Assembly: GCA_025999155.1 (NCBI GenBank)
Contig: AP026679.1
Span: 85,776 to 149,775 of the forward strand
Direction of reading: 5' to 3'
From: Candidatus Dojkabacteria bacterium
GTDB lineage: Bacteria; Patescibacteriota; Dojkabacteria; JAOAGR01
Length of the DNA: 64,000 nt
Positions 48,897 to 58,854 of this stretch are shown here, piece by piece; the stretch's first letter is position 1; each line of letters begins with the position of its first letter. The translations under genes and the position numbers were made by a program. The notes under the pieces are model-generated. The model was not told the origin of the DNA, searched no databases, and worked only from the letters and a program-made list of their open reading frames with translations.

Positions 48897-50012
48897 TTAT
48901 TCAAATCCAACCCCTAAGTCTCCACCTAAACGCCAATAGAAAAACGCATAGATACCGAATTGTTTTGATAAGTTTTTACGGTTCACAAGGCGATTTTTAT
49001 CTAGAAAGTAAATCTTATTATTACCATTTTGCAAAAACATTTCATCTCTTTCCTGATCTACTACAGCTTTAGTCAGATCGAACTTATCATTTAGTTCTTG
49101 ATAAGTGTACGCTCTTATAACCTCATACTTATCGTCAAACTCATAAGCATATAAAGGCAATCCCACAATCAACTTGGCTCTTTGCTCATATGAAATAGTT
49201 TCAAGAGTATCCTTTAGCCAGTACATCGGTGTATTTCCAATACCACCATTATACAAAGCGTAATCATAGAAAAGTAAGACTAGACGATCTACAACTTTAA
49301 CTAAATGAATAAGATTTTCTATATTATCTAAAGTCAAATTATGGATATTACTATTTAGAGATCGTGCAAATACAGATACAAAGAGATTGATATTATATTT
49401 TTCTAATTGTTCATTAAGCTGACTAATTACTTCTAAAAATAATGCAATGTCTTCTTTAAAAACTCTTTCAAAATTTAGATTAAGAGTAGAGAAGAACTGG
49501 TACTGATTTTTGATCTTGATAGCAAAATCAAATAAATACTTAAAATCTTTCTTCAGAATTGCCCTAGTATGAAGAGGATTGGTAGATAATATATTCACGC
49601 CAAATTTTAAATTATTTTGATTTAAAGTATTTAGGGCATAATCAAAATTACTTGATAAAATAAGATCACCACTGGATCCTACCGAGGCTCCTGCGAAATG
49701 TACTTCTTCGATTAGGTGTCTATAATTACTAGCACTCGACAAACCTCGCATAAAATCAAAATGCGGGATCCATGCGTAATACACAAAAGGATAATTAAAC
49801 TCTTTCACATCAGTCCAAACTAGTTCTATAGTAGGATACACAGAATAACTTTGGACATTACGCTGATAAAACACAGACTTTGAATAAGGGAAAAAATTTA
49901 CAGTTAAGATTAATCCCGTAGCTACCAACAATCCAGCTAACACATACAATAAATAAAACAGCCTATCAAAATTAAACTTAGAATCCATAATTCTAGACTT
50001 GATAAAAGACAT
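48897..50012 (-). CDS. Membrane-anchored glycoside hydrolase family 18-like protein
   Basis: N-terminal TM; LNLNFE (degenerate DxDxE), YDY, LIVGLPLYAY, C-terminal WRLG. Confidence 0.72.
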   Translation of the reverse strand: MSFIKSRIMDSKFNFDRLFYLLYVLAGLLVATGLILTVNFFPYSKSVFYQRNVQSYSVYPTIELVWTDVKEFNYPFVYYAWIPHFDFMRGLSSASNYRHLIEEVHFAGASVGSSGDLILSSNFDYALNTLNQNNLKFGVNILSTNPLHTRAILKKDFKYLFDFAIKIKNQYQFFSTLNLNFERVFKEDIALFLEVISQLNEQLEKYNINLFVSVFARSLNSNIHNLTLDNIENLIHLVKVVDRLVLLFYDYALYNGGIGNTPMYWLKDTLETISYEQRAKLIVGLPLYAYEFDDKYEVIRAYTYQELNDKFDLTKAVVDQERDEMFLQNGNNKIYFLDKNRLVNRKNLSKQFGIYAFFYWRLGGDLGVGFE

Positions 50013-50296
50013 CTGAATAAAGCTTAATAAAAAAATTACGATGAAGTCAAAAATAGCATAACAAAAAGCGAAATATACACCAATATCGTAAAACTTCTTG
50101 GTTTAATTTAATAGTATTCAGTCCTATAAAAATCTTTAGATACAATATAAATATGTTAGACTCCTTACCTTATTTAGAGGACTTTTGTAATAAAAACTAT
50201 ATTATCAATGCTGAAATCTTATAAGAAAAAAGAACCACCTATGGTGCGTTTGTTTGACGAAAGCCGAACCTATTTTGAAATAAATTGATTCGCTCC

Positions 50297-50428
50297 GCCC
50301 CGCCGCCGCTCGCTGTCCAGTAAAAAAATTTTCTTCGGATTTTTTGATTTGGTGCGCGGTTTTTTATTCTAAAAAGGTAAAAAAACTTTTTTGCGGGAAT
50401 CTGCTCTGAACGAGCAGGGTGGCGGGGC
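50297..50428. other. GC-rich long-range stem with internal hairpins (structured element)
   Basis: GCCCCGCCGCC-GCTCG (50297-50312) pairs with CGAGC-ag-GGTGGCGGGGC (50411-50428). Confidence 0.65.
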
Positions 50429-50506
50429 TTCAAATTGGACGATGGGTGAGGTTAGTCATGCTATGCTTTTAATTTATCACAAATACGGTAAGAAATAGAT
50501 TTGTTA

Positions 50507-50560
50507 TTGCAGCAATTTTACCATTTGTTATAATATGACCTATACCTATGGTCGGGGTAT
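50507..50560 (+). promoter_or_regulatory. csoR operon promoter and CsoR-type operator
   Basis: TTGCAG-16 nt-(TG)TATAAT, then ATACC-N9-GGTAT inverted repeat with a G tract (50542-50560). Confidence 0.7.
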
Positions 50561-50593
50561 GGATAAGTAAATAATTATTAAATTTTCAAAAAT

Positions 50594-50866
50594 ATGACTA
50601 CTCAAAAAGAAAAAACACTCATCAATTTCAAAAAAGCCCAAAGCTTAATATCCAAGATTATTCAAATGGTGGAGGCTGACGAATACTGCATTGATATTAT
50701 GCAGCAAAACGCGGCCGTGATTGGCCTTTTGAAATCCGCTCATCAAATGCTGATGGAAAATCATCTTAACACCTGCTTCAAAAAAGCAATGGAAACTAAA
50801 AACGAGAAAAGAAAAAGAGAAATGACCAAAGAAATTTTAAAGGTTACAAAATTATTTAATAAATAA
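50594..50866 (+). CDS. csoR: CsoR/RcnR-family metal-sensing repressor
   Basis: MVEADEYCIDIMQQ...ENHLNTC (C-H-C metal ligands). Confidence 0.92.
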   Translation: MTTQKEKTLINFKKAQSLISKIIQMVEADEYCIDIMQQNAAVIGLLKSAHQMLMENHLNTCFKKAMETKNEKRKREMTKEILKVTKLFNK

Positions 50867-50905
50867 TTCAAAAAAATATATGACTAATTCAAAAAAATAT
50901 ATGAC
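50864..50905 (+). repeat. Perfect 21-bp tandem duplication spanning the csoR stop and the next start codon
   Basis: TAATTCAAAAAAATATATGAC x2. Confidence 0.92.
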
Positions 50906-52295
50906 TAAAAACACAAAAGAACATATTTATTATGTCAAAGGAATGCATTGCGCTTCCTGTGAAATTTTAATTGAAAAAAAATTATTGGAAATTGAAGGAG
51001 TAAAATCAGTCGATGCATCAGCAAATCAAGGAGAAATAAAAATAATTTATGAAAATAAACTACCAAAGGTAAAAGAATTGAATCATCTTTTTAAAAAAGA
51101 AGGTTATGTATTTTCGAATGAGCCATTTAAAGAAGAAAAAAATAGTTCTTTCTTAATTACTTTAGGCAGCGCTTTTTTGATAATTGTCTTCTTCTTTCTT
51201 TTTAAAAATAGTTTTGTTGCTGGATTAGTTAATGTTTCAGCTAATTCATCTCTACCTACTTTCTTTATTTTAGGATTAATTGCCGGTCTTTCTTCTTGCG
51301 CCGCTTTAGTTGGTGGATTAGTTTTATCTTTGGCAAAACAATGGCAGGAAGTTTTTGCAAAAAGTAATTCAACTTTTGAAAAACTTCAGCCCCATTTAAT
51401 GTTTAATTTTGGACGAATTTTATCGTATGGATTTTTTGGCGGTTTAATTGGTGCTTTAGGCTCAAAACTTCAAATTTCTCCAGTATTTACATCCCTTTTG
51501 GTTTTTCTAGTGTCGTTTTTAATGATCGGGCTCGGACTTCAAATGTTGGGAGTAAAAACATTTAGAAAATTTCAAATTACGATGCCAAAATTTGTTACTC
51601 GTTTTATCGCTAATGAAACAAAATTTCAAGGAAAATATATACCAGCTCTTTTAGGCGCTTTTACTTTCTTTTTGCCTTGTGGATTTACCCTTACCGCTCA
51701 AAGCTTGGCTTTAATCTCCGGTAGTTTTTTGCAAGGATTTTTGATTATGTTCTTTTTTGCTTTGGGAACTACTCCTGGACTTTTAGCTATTGGTTTTTCT
51801 TCAGTGAAATTTTTAGAAAAACCTCGTTTGTCTGATAATTTTTTGAAAGCGGCAGGTATTTTGGTTTTGTTTTTCGCCTTATATAACATCAACGCTCAAT
51901 TAAATCTTTTAAGTCTACCAAGTTTAAGCGATGTTAGATTAAGTTTTAACCACCAGGCATTGCCAAAAGAAAATTCTTCAAACGAAGAGGGATTGCCGCC
52001 AATAGTTAATGGTAAACAAGTAATAAAAATGAATGCCTCAAGTTATGAATATGAACCAAATTATTTTAAAGTGAAGGTTGGCATTCCGGTAAGATGGGAA
52101 ATTAAGGATATTGGTACTTCAGGTTGCACTAACGCTATTGTCTCTAAGACTCTTTTCCCCGACGAAATTTCTTTAACTCCGGGACAAATTAGCGTTAAGG
52201 AATTCACACCTACAAAACCAGGTAAATACAAATTTTCTTGTTGGATGGGAATGGTTTCTGGAACTATTGAAGTAGTTGATACAAAAACACAATAG
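50880..52295 (+). CDS. HMA + DsbD_2/TauE-like TM + cupredoxin fusion protein
   Basis: GMHCASC; SSCAALVGG and FFLPCG in the TM region; C-terminal GC...FSCWMGM; alternative start at 50901. Confidence 0.9.
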   Translation: MTNSKKYMTKNTKEHIYYVKGMHCASCEILIEKKLLEIEGVKSVDASANQGEIKIIYENKLPKVKELNHLFKKEGYVFSNEPFKEEKNSSFLITLGSAFLIIVFFFLFKNSFVAGLVNVSANSSLPTFFILGLIAGLSSCAALVGGLVLSLAKQWQEVFAKSNSTFEKLQPHLMFNFGRILSYGFFGGLIGALGSKLQISPVFTSLLVFLVSFLMIGLGLQMLGVKTFRKFQITMPKFVTRFIANETKFQGKYIPALLGAFTFFLPCGFTLTAQSLALISGSFLQGFLIMFFFALGTTPGLLAIGFSSVKFLEKPRLSDNFLKAAGILVLFFALYNINAQLNLLSLPSLSDVRLSFNHQALPKENSSNEEGLPPIVNGKQVIKMNASSYEYEPNYFKVKVGIPVRWEIKDIGTSGCTNAIVSKTLFPDEISLTPGQISVKEFTPTKPGKYKFSCWMGMVSGTIEVVDTKTQ

Positions 52296-52452
52296 AAAAC
52301 AACTCTTATACTAAAACTATAAACACAACGAAAAATGACATAAGGAAAATAAAAACGCCTCTTTTAATATTAATAGCTGAGGTCATAGAAAAGAAAAGAG
52401 GAGTTTGCTAATTAAAAAAAGAAAATAAATAGAAAATTTATTTTAAACAACT

Positions 52453-54708
52453 ATGGAAAGAGCAATCCTAAAGATTTCAGGCATGCATTGCGTTTCTTGC
52501 GCAGTTAATATTGAAAACGCTATAAGGAAAGAGACAGGAGTTAAATCAGCTAATGTTAATTTCGCTTTAGAAAAACTTTATTTGGAGTTTGATGATGCTG
52601 AAATTAACATTGCCAAGATTAAAAATATCGTTGAAAAATTAGGATACAAGGCAGCGGAAGAAATTATTGATCAAGAAATGCACGACTACCATAAAGAAGA
52701 GTGGGGACAAGAAATTCAGGAATTAAAAAAACGGTTCGTTTCTGCACTGATTTTTAGTTTACCAATTATTTATATGGTAATGGGCGAAATGCTTGTTAGC
52801 TTGCCAATGCCGACAATTTTTGAAAGTTACGGGACTATTATCCAGTTTGCTTTAACCACGGCTGTTATTGTTGCCTGTTTTAATATCTGGACTTCCGGTT
52901 TCAAAAATTTATTGCGGTTGGCCCCGAATATGGATTCACTTATTTTTATTGGCACGGCCGTCGCCTATTTTTACAGCTTAGTCATTTCCATTTTGACATT
53001 TTGGGGCGTAAAAATTGAAGCTCATCTCTACTACGAAAGTGCAGCTTCGATTTTAGTTTTTGTTTCTTTAGGGAAATATCTTGAAGCGATAACCAAAGGA
53101 AAAACCAGTGAAGCGATTAAAAAATTGATCGGGCTTCAGCCAAAAGAAGCAACAATAATAAAAAATAATGAAGAAGTAAAAATCCCCATTTCTGAAGTGA
53201 AAATCGGAGATATTATTTTGGTTAAACCCGGAGAAAAAATACCAGTTGACGGAATTGTTGTTGACGGCCACTCCAGCGTTGATGAAAAAGCAATTACCGG
53301 CGAAAGTATCCCAGTAGAAAAGAAAAAAGGCGATGAAGTAATCGGCGCGACTATCAATACAACCGGCGTTTTGAAATTTAAAGCAACTCGGGTAGGCAAA
53401 GATACGATGTTGGCCCAAATTATAAAAATAGTTGAAGAAGCGATGGGCTCCAAAGCGCCGATCCAGCTTTTGGCGGACAAAGTTTCTTTTTATTTTGTTC
53501 CGTCTGTAATTAGTATTGCTGTTTTTGCCTTTGCTGTTTGGCTTTTACTGGGACAGCCATTAGCTTTCGCTCTAACGGTTTTTGTGGACGTTTTAATTAT
53601 TGCTTGTCCCTGCGCTTTAGGTTTGGCAACGCCGACCGCGGTGATGATGGGAACAGGACTGGCGGCAAAAAACGGAATTTTAATTAAAAACGGCAAAGCT
53701 CTGGAAATCGCCTGCAATTTGGATATAGTTATTTTTGACAAAACTGGAACCTTAACTAAGGGTGAACCAAGTGTTACCGACGTGATAAAAATTAAAAATG
53801 ATATTAGCGAAAATTTAATTTTGCAAATCGCGGCATCGGTGGAAAAACATTCCGAACACCCTTTAGCTCAAGCGATTGTCAATAAAGCAAAAGAAAAAAA
53901 GATTAATCTTTCCGAAGTTAAAAATTTTCAAGCCATACCCGGCCATGGAGTTTCGGCTGAGTTAGAAAATAAAAAAATACTTTTTGGTACAAGAAAATTG
54001 ATGATTGATAATCAGATTGACCCAAATTTAGTAGAGGAAAAAATGATTGCCTTAGAAAATCAGGGCAAAACAGTGATGATTTTAGCAGAAGATAAAAATA
54101 TAATCGGCATTATTGCGGTCGCGGATACTCTCAAAGATTATTCAAAAGAAGCAGTTAAAATGCTCCATACAATGGGCAAGAAAGTAGCGATAATTACCGG
54201 GGATAATAAAAGAGTTGGACAGGCCATCGCCAAACAGGTCGGCATAGACAAGGTTTTGGCTGAGGTGTTGCCGCAAGAAAAATCGGCCGAGATCCAAAAA
54301 TTGCAAAGTGAAGGATTTGTTGTGGCAATGGTTGGCGACGGAATAAATGACGCTCCGGCTTTGGCTCAAGCAGATTTAGGAATCGCTTTGGGCTCGGGCA
54401 CGGATGTGGCGATGGAAACTGGAGAAATAGTTTTGATTAAAGACGATTTGCGATATGTTGTCGCGGTGATTGACTTGAGCAAATACACATTAAACAAAAT
54501 CAAACAAAATCTCTTTTGGGCTTTCTTTTACAACATTGTTGGTATTCCTCTGGCTGCCGGAATTTTATATCCTTTCACCGGTTGGCTTTTAAATCCAGCT
54601 ATTGCCGCTGCTGCGATGGCTTTTTCGTCGGTTAGTGTTATTTCAAACGCTCTTTTAATGAAAAGATATGAACCACAAATTACTAAAATCATAAAGGGAG
54701 TTCCTTGA
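52453..54708 (+). CDS. copA: Copper-translocating P1B-type ATPase
   Basis: [34 protein letters not shown] and MAFSS motifs. Confidence 0.96.
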   Translation: MERAILKISGMHCVSCAVNIENAIRKETGVKSANVNFALEKLYLEFDDAEINIAKIKNIVEKLGYKAAEEIIDQEMHDYHKEEWGQEIQELKKRFVSALIFSLPIIYMVMGEMLVSLPMPTIFESYGTIIQFALTTAVIVACFNIWTSGFKNLLRLAPNMDSLIFIGTAVAYFYSLVISILTFWGVKIEAHLYYESAASILVFVSLGKYLEAITKGKTSEAIKKLIGLQPKEATIIKNNEEVKIPISEVKIGDIILVKPGEKIPVDGIVVDGHSSVDEKAITGESIPVEKKKGDEVIGATINTTGVLKFKATRVGKDTMLAQIIKIVEEAMGSKAPIQLLADKVSFYFVPSVISIAVFAFAVWLLLGQPLAFALTVFVDVLIIACPCALGLATPTAVMMGTGLAAKNGILIKNGKALEIACNLDIVIFDKTGTLTKGEPSVTDVIKIKNDISENLILQIAASVEKHSEHPLAQAIVNKAKEKKINLSEVKNFQAIPGHGVSAELENKKILFGTRKLMIDNQIDPNLVEEKMIALENQGKTVMILAEDKNIIGIIAVADTLKDYSKEAVKMLHTMGKKVAIITGDNKRVGQAIAKQVGIDKVLAEVLPQEKSAEIQKLQSEGFVVAMVGDGINDAPALAQADLGIALGSGTDVAMETGEIVLIKDDLRYVVAVIDLSKYTLNKIKQNLFWAFFYNIVGIPLAAGILYPFTGWLLNPAIAAAAMAFSSVSVISNALLMKRYEPQITKIIKGVP

Positions 54709-54739
54709 TTCGTGGGCGCAACTTTATTATGGCAAAAAT

Positions 54740-54859
54740 TCTTTTTTGGGCAGAACAAATACAAAAATCGCAAGGGATTTCAGGTCAGTGTTTCCGTTCT
54801 CTGCCGCCCTTCGCACAGCTGAATCAATCAGCAAAACTCCTGTAAGTTTAATATTGGTG
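54740..54859 (+). pseudogene. Probable C-terminal relic of a site-specific recombinase reading into the tRNA antisense
   Basis: Frame ...NTKIARDFRSVFPFSAALRTAESISKTPVSLILV continues into the tRNA; it resembles CPR tRNA-targeting serine recombinase tails from recollection (not searched). Confidence 0.4.
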
Positions 54860-54942
54860 ACGGGAATGGGACTCGAACCCATAAGTCTGTAATAGACACT
54901 AGTACCTGAAACTAGCGCGTCTACCAGTTCCGCCATCCCGCC
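54855..54942 (-). tRNA. tRNA-Leu(CAG)
   Basis: Reverse complement GGCGGGATGGCGGAACTGGTAGACGCG-CTAGT-TTCAGGT-ACTAG, long variable arm, ...TCCCGTCACCA. Confidence 0.95.
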
Positions 54943-55035
54943 AATAGAAAACGATAGCTAAAATATTATATCAGAAAACAACACAGGAAGTATTTTTAAT
55001 CTTACCTGCTATCAAAATTGAGAAAATACCAAGAA

Positions 55036-55111
55036 TGGTGATGCGTACTGGACTCGAACCAGTGACAGGCTGCTTAAGAGGCAGCTGCTCTACCAACTGA
55101 GCTAACGCACC
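55036..55111 (-). tRNA. tRNA-Lys(CUU)
   Basis: Reverse complement GGTGCGTTAGCTCAGTTGGTAGAGCA-GCTGC-CTCTTAA-GCAGC...ACGCATCACCA. Confidence 0.96.
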
Positions 55112-55181
55112 ACTTTATGTCTTTCGATTTTAGCAAAGATAAATGAATTAGACTAGTAAAAAACTATTAATCGCCCTTAGT

Positions 55182-55562
55182 CTACTGACGAAAAAGTATT
55201 TGGATTATTTTCGGAAGCAAAATCAGGAGACCTATTATCACAGCACTAATTACGACCATAAAGACTGATGCAGCAGCAAGATCACGAGGAGCTTTAGTAG
55301 CTTGATACGATAAATGACATTCGTCTCTGATAATATCACTTAACTTTTCTATACTTGTATTCATAGTTTCGATGCTGAAAACCATAAATATAAGTAGAAT
55401 AATTATTATTAATTCGATAAGTGATAAATTAAAAATAAAAGCACTAACAATAACTATCAGCGCAACAAACAAATGTATCTTAAAACTGCGCTCTTTAAGC
55501 ACTAAAAGACATCCATTGAATGCGTAAAGAAAACTTCTTAAAAACTTAGTAATAAAATCCAT
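55182..55562 (-). CDS. dgkA: Diacylglycerol/undecaprenol kinase family protein
   Basis: SF.YAFNG, ERSFKIH, ETMNTSIEKLSD, DLAAASV. Confidence 0.9.
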   Translation of the reverse strand: MDFITKFLRSFLYAFNGCLLVLKERSFKIHLFVALIVIVSAFIFNLSLIELIIIILLIFMVFSIETMNTSIEKLSDIIRDECHLSYQATKAPRDLAAASVFMVVISAVIIGLLILLPKIIQILFRQ

Positions 55563-55573
55563 ACAGAATTATC

Positions 55574-56647
55574 TCAATTTTTACTCAGGATACTTTTGAT
55601 AGAAAATGCGTAATATTTCAGATACAGATCATATGTTGTATATGCAATCACCATCAAAATCGGACCAAAAATCAAACCTAAAAAGCCAAAAACACTTATA
55701 CCAGCAATAATACCTAAAAGAGTTATTGCTTCAGGTAGCTTAGCCTCTTGTTCGACCAATTTAGGTCTTAATATATTATCTATATTGGATATAACTATAA
55801 CAAAAGTTGCAACTATTAAAACTGCACCAAATACATTACCGGTGATAGCAAGAACAAAAGCAATAGGGAACAAGAGAAACCCCACACCTACTAAAGGAAT
55901 TACAGCCAAAACTATAGCTAGAAAAGTAAAAAATAACGTATATGGGACACCGGCAATCCACATCACAACACCAGCAACAACTCCTTGTACAAACGCTATG
56001 GTAAAAGTACCATTAATCATAGATCTTGCCATTGCTACTATACGATTTAGATACATCATAGTCATATCGTCAGGTAAGGGGCTTATTTTTCTTATATTGT
56101 AAACTAATTTTTTCTGTGTTGAAAAAAGATATGTAGTTAATACAATGTATAAAATCGTATCAGTAATGAGTTCTGGAAGAGCTGTACCAACACTACCAAT
56201 TTTACTGAGTAAAAAACCTAAAACACTTCTAGCTACATTATATAGATTCGCATTAATATCTTCGATAGTTATCTTGTAATTAATAGAATAAGAAGCAATC
56301 AATTGGTTTAATTCTTCTACTTTAGTATTAACAATCTGACCTAATGAAGATGTTTCAAATTCAAACCGATTCAAATCTGAGACAATCTGCGTGATTTGAT
56401 AGGTAGTCAAAGTACCCACTAGAATCAAAGGTGAAATAAGAGCAAAAATTACTACTATTAGCGTCAGCCAGGACGCTAGATTTGTATTACCTTTCAGCTT
56501 ATAAAGAAACCATTTATAAACGGGGTTAAAAGCTAGAACTGTAAGCACAGCAAGTGAAATTACATGAACAAATTTACTTATAAACCAGGCAATGACTAAG
56601 GTTACAAGTATCAACAATATAAAAAAAACTTTCTTTTGATTACCCAT
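55574..56647 (-). CDS. AI-2E family transporter
   Basis: Multi-TM; IP.VG, IDNILRP, FGFLGLIFGP. Confidence 0.9.
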   Translation of the reverse strand: MGNQKKVFFILLILVTLVIAWFISKFVHVISLAVLTVLAFNPVYKWFLYKLKGNTNLASWLTLIVVIFALISPLILVGTLTTYQITQIVSDLNRFEFETSSLGQIVNTKVEELNQLIASYSINYKITIEDINANLYNVARSVLGFLLSKIGSVGTALPELITDTILYIVLTTYLFSTQKKLVYNIRKISPLPDDMTMMYLNRIVAMARSMINGTFTIAFVQGVVAGVVMWIAGVPYTLFFTFLAIVLAVIPLVGVGFLLFPIAFVLAITGNVFGAVLIVATFVIVISNIDNILRPKLVEQEAKLPEAITLLGIIAGISVFGFLGLIFGPILMVIAYTTYDLYLKYYAFSIKSILSKN

Positions 56648-56752
56648 AAATATTATTTAAGAGTATTATACGGACTTTTTCTGTATATATAAAGTATAGA
56701 TTTTATCAGAACAAGGATGAAATACATATGAGATAAAATGATGCGAAAGAAT

Positions 56753-58306
56753 TTAACTAAACATTGCTTTACTCCGTCTATCCCTATGATAAGTGAGACC
56801 AAATCTATGAGCCTCATCACGAATCCTTTGTAATAGAAATAAAGTGTCTTTATGGTCATCATATGTATGACTTGTTTTTTGCCCAGGTACAAAGATCTCT
56901 TCATGCTTTTTAGCAAGGGCACAAACAAACAAATGGTCTAATTTTAAGCTATGTAACACATCCACAGCTACACTTAGCTGCCCTTTACCTCCATCAACTA
57001 TTATTAAATCAGGCGTTGATGAAAATGATTCATCTTCTTGAGATTTTAATTCAGATATATTCGAATTCGTTTTTAAACTATCATTAGTAATCCCTAATTT
57101 ATTGAGGATTTGGGCGTTATGTTCATCAAGATTAAATAATTTATTCTTAGGCTTGAGATAAGTAAACCTACGTAAAAGCATTTCACGCATCATTGCAAAA
57201 TCATCAGGTGTATTTTTTACATTAATTTTGAATTTTCTATAGTGGCTTTTTTTTGGTATTCCTCCTTCAAAAACAACCATAGATCCTACAGGATTAGTTC
57301 CTGAAATATTCGATATATCAAAACACTCAATTCTAAATTTATCCAAATATTCTGACCGTAATTGCTTAATTTCATCTAAAGATTTGCCAAATAACTTTGG
57401 AGCATTCTTATAGAGTAATCTGTATTGTCCGACTTTTAAATCCTTAATAAGAAATTCAAGACCCTTCATAATTCTTTGATACATCAAGCGCATTACGTCA
57501 TCTTCATCATCACCATAGCCTATCATTAATTTTTGAGAAACATATGTGAGTTCATCGATTTGTTGCTTTACTTTCGCGGCTTTCTCAAATTCCAGATTAT
57601 GAGCATAAGATTTCATTTTTTGAGTTAATTCATGCACTAGTGTTTTCTTCTTATTCTGTAAAAATTTCTTTATTGCGTTGATATTCTCTAAATACTCCTG
57701 TTGCGATATTAGACCTTCACAAGGACCCCCACACCGTCCTATATGATAAAAAGTACAAAGCCGCGACCTGACAATTTCCCCATTTTTACGCCTTTCAGCT
57801 CTTTTTTTGTTATCTTCATCTGTAATTTGATAACTACATGTGCGATATGGAAATTCTTTCCTTAAAAAATTTAAAACTTGATCTCTAACCTGAGCATTTG
57901 GAAATGGTCCAAAGTAGATGGCATTCTTATCTTTTGTATTACGAGTACGATAGATGATTGGATAGGGATCTTTTGTGATTTTAATCCAGGCATAAGATTT
58001 GTCATCTTTGAGTAAGACATTGTATTTTGGTTTATATTTTTTTATGAGAGAAGCTTCTAAAATCAAAGCTTCTACCTCGGATTCGACCGTATAAGTTTCT
58101 ACTGTTACTGCTTGATCTATCATTAACTGCAATCTGGCTGTCAAGTCCTTGTAATTTTGAAAATATGAACTGACTCTTTTCCGTAAATTCTTTGCTTTTC
58201 CAACATACAAAACTATTCCATCTTTATCTTTAAAGATATAACTGCCTGGTAATGTAGGCAGTGTGGGTAATAATGCTTTAACAGGATGATCTTTCACAAA
58301 GCTCAT
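56753..58306 (-). CDS. uvrC: Excinuclease ABC subunit C (no C-terminal HhH)
   Basis: GIY-YIG (LYVGKAKNLRKRV), UVR domain, RIECFDISN, DGGKGQL, RDEAHRF. Confidence 0.95.
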   Translation of the reverse strand: MSFVKDHPVKALLPTLPTLPGSYIFKDKDGIVLYVGKAKNLRKRVSSYFQNYKDLTARLQLMIDQAVTVETYTVESEVEALILEASLIKKYKPKYNVLLKDDKSYAWIKITKDPYPIIYRTRNTKDKNAIYFGPFPNAQVRDQVLNFLRKEFPYRTCSYQITDEDNKKRAERRKNGEIVRSRLCTFYHIGRCGGPCEGLISQQEYLENINAIKKFLQNKKKTLVHELTQKMKSYAHNLEFEKAAKVKQQIDELTYVSQKLMIGYGDDEDDVMRLMYQRIMKGLEFLIKDLKVGQYRLLYKNAPKLFGKSLDEIKQLRSEYLDKFRIECFDISNISGTNPVGSMVVFEGGIPKKSHYRKFKINVKNTPDDFAMMREMLLRRFTYLKPKNKLFNLDEHNAQILNKLGITNDSLKTNSNISELKSQEDESFSSTPDLIIVDGGKGQLSVAVDVLHSLKLDHLFVCALAKKHEEIFVPGQKTSHTYDDHKDTLFLLQRIRDEAHRFGLTYHRDRRSKAMFS

Positions 58307-58428
58307 TATACAAAAAAGTTTAGTTATTTATCTAAAATGTATCTGAAATATTGGCCTTGTCATTGAATCTCAAGATAGTCCGACATTAAAATGGAAATCT
58401 AAAATATTTTATCCTAAAATGCTCTGTA

Positions 58429-58854
58429 ATGAGTAATTACGACGGGCATCGACAACACTACCGCTTTCATGTATGGTTGATGCAAGCACAATATGATTTA
58501 CAGGCTGCGGAAATTAGTCGTAAAAACGGATTTTATGAGTGGTCTTGTTTTCAAGCTGGACAGGCAGCAGAGAAAGCATTAAAAGCAGTTATTGTATATC
58601 ACGGGAAATCGGCTCCTAAAGTCCACAAACTAGGTGTACTTATCGGTATGATCAAGAATATAGATGCTAGATTTCGTGGTATTCGTCTAGACATTACTGA
58701 GCTGCAGTCTTATACTTTTAGTGCAAGGTACCCATTTTTAATACCTGGCAATTTAGAAACACCACATGAATATATAGATGCAGAGGACGCAAAAATATGT
58801 ATAAATCAAGCGAAAATCATATTAAACTTAATCAAAGAGATATTGAACGTTTAG
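58429..58854 (+). CDS. HEPN domain protein
   Basis: WL.QA.YDL, CFQAGQAAEKALKA, KVH.L, ARYP. Confidence 0.9.
   Translation: MSNYDGHRQHYRFHVWLMQAQYDLQAAEISRKNGFYEWSCFQAGQAAEKALKAVIVYHGKSAPKVHKLGVLIGMIKNIDARFRGIRLDITELQSYTFSARYPFLIPGNLETPHEYIDAEDAKICINQAKIILNLIKEILNV

Larger units (their letters stand above)
50242..54859. mobile_element. Copper-resistance genomic island integrated at the tRNA-Leu 3' end (recombinase largely lost)
   Basis: TGGTG direct repeat at 50242-50246 and 54855-54859 (reverse complement of the tRNA's CACCA end); change in sequence style; csoR/HMA-DsbD/copA cargo. Confidence 0.65.

Noticed and set aside
50239-50433. 64-aa minus-strand ORF at the island edge
   Set aside because: Coincides with the GC-rich inverted-repeat element and is better explained as non-coding structure.
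54727-54936. 69-aa minus-strand ORF (MAELVDALVSGTS...)
   Set aside because: It is a translation of tRNA-Leu and its 3' flank, not a protein gene.
56753-56830. uvrC lacking its C-terminal HhH domain as a pseudogene
   Set aside because: The ORF ends cleanly after RDEAHRF with both nuclease domains intact; a natural short form is more likely.
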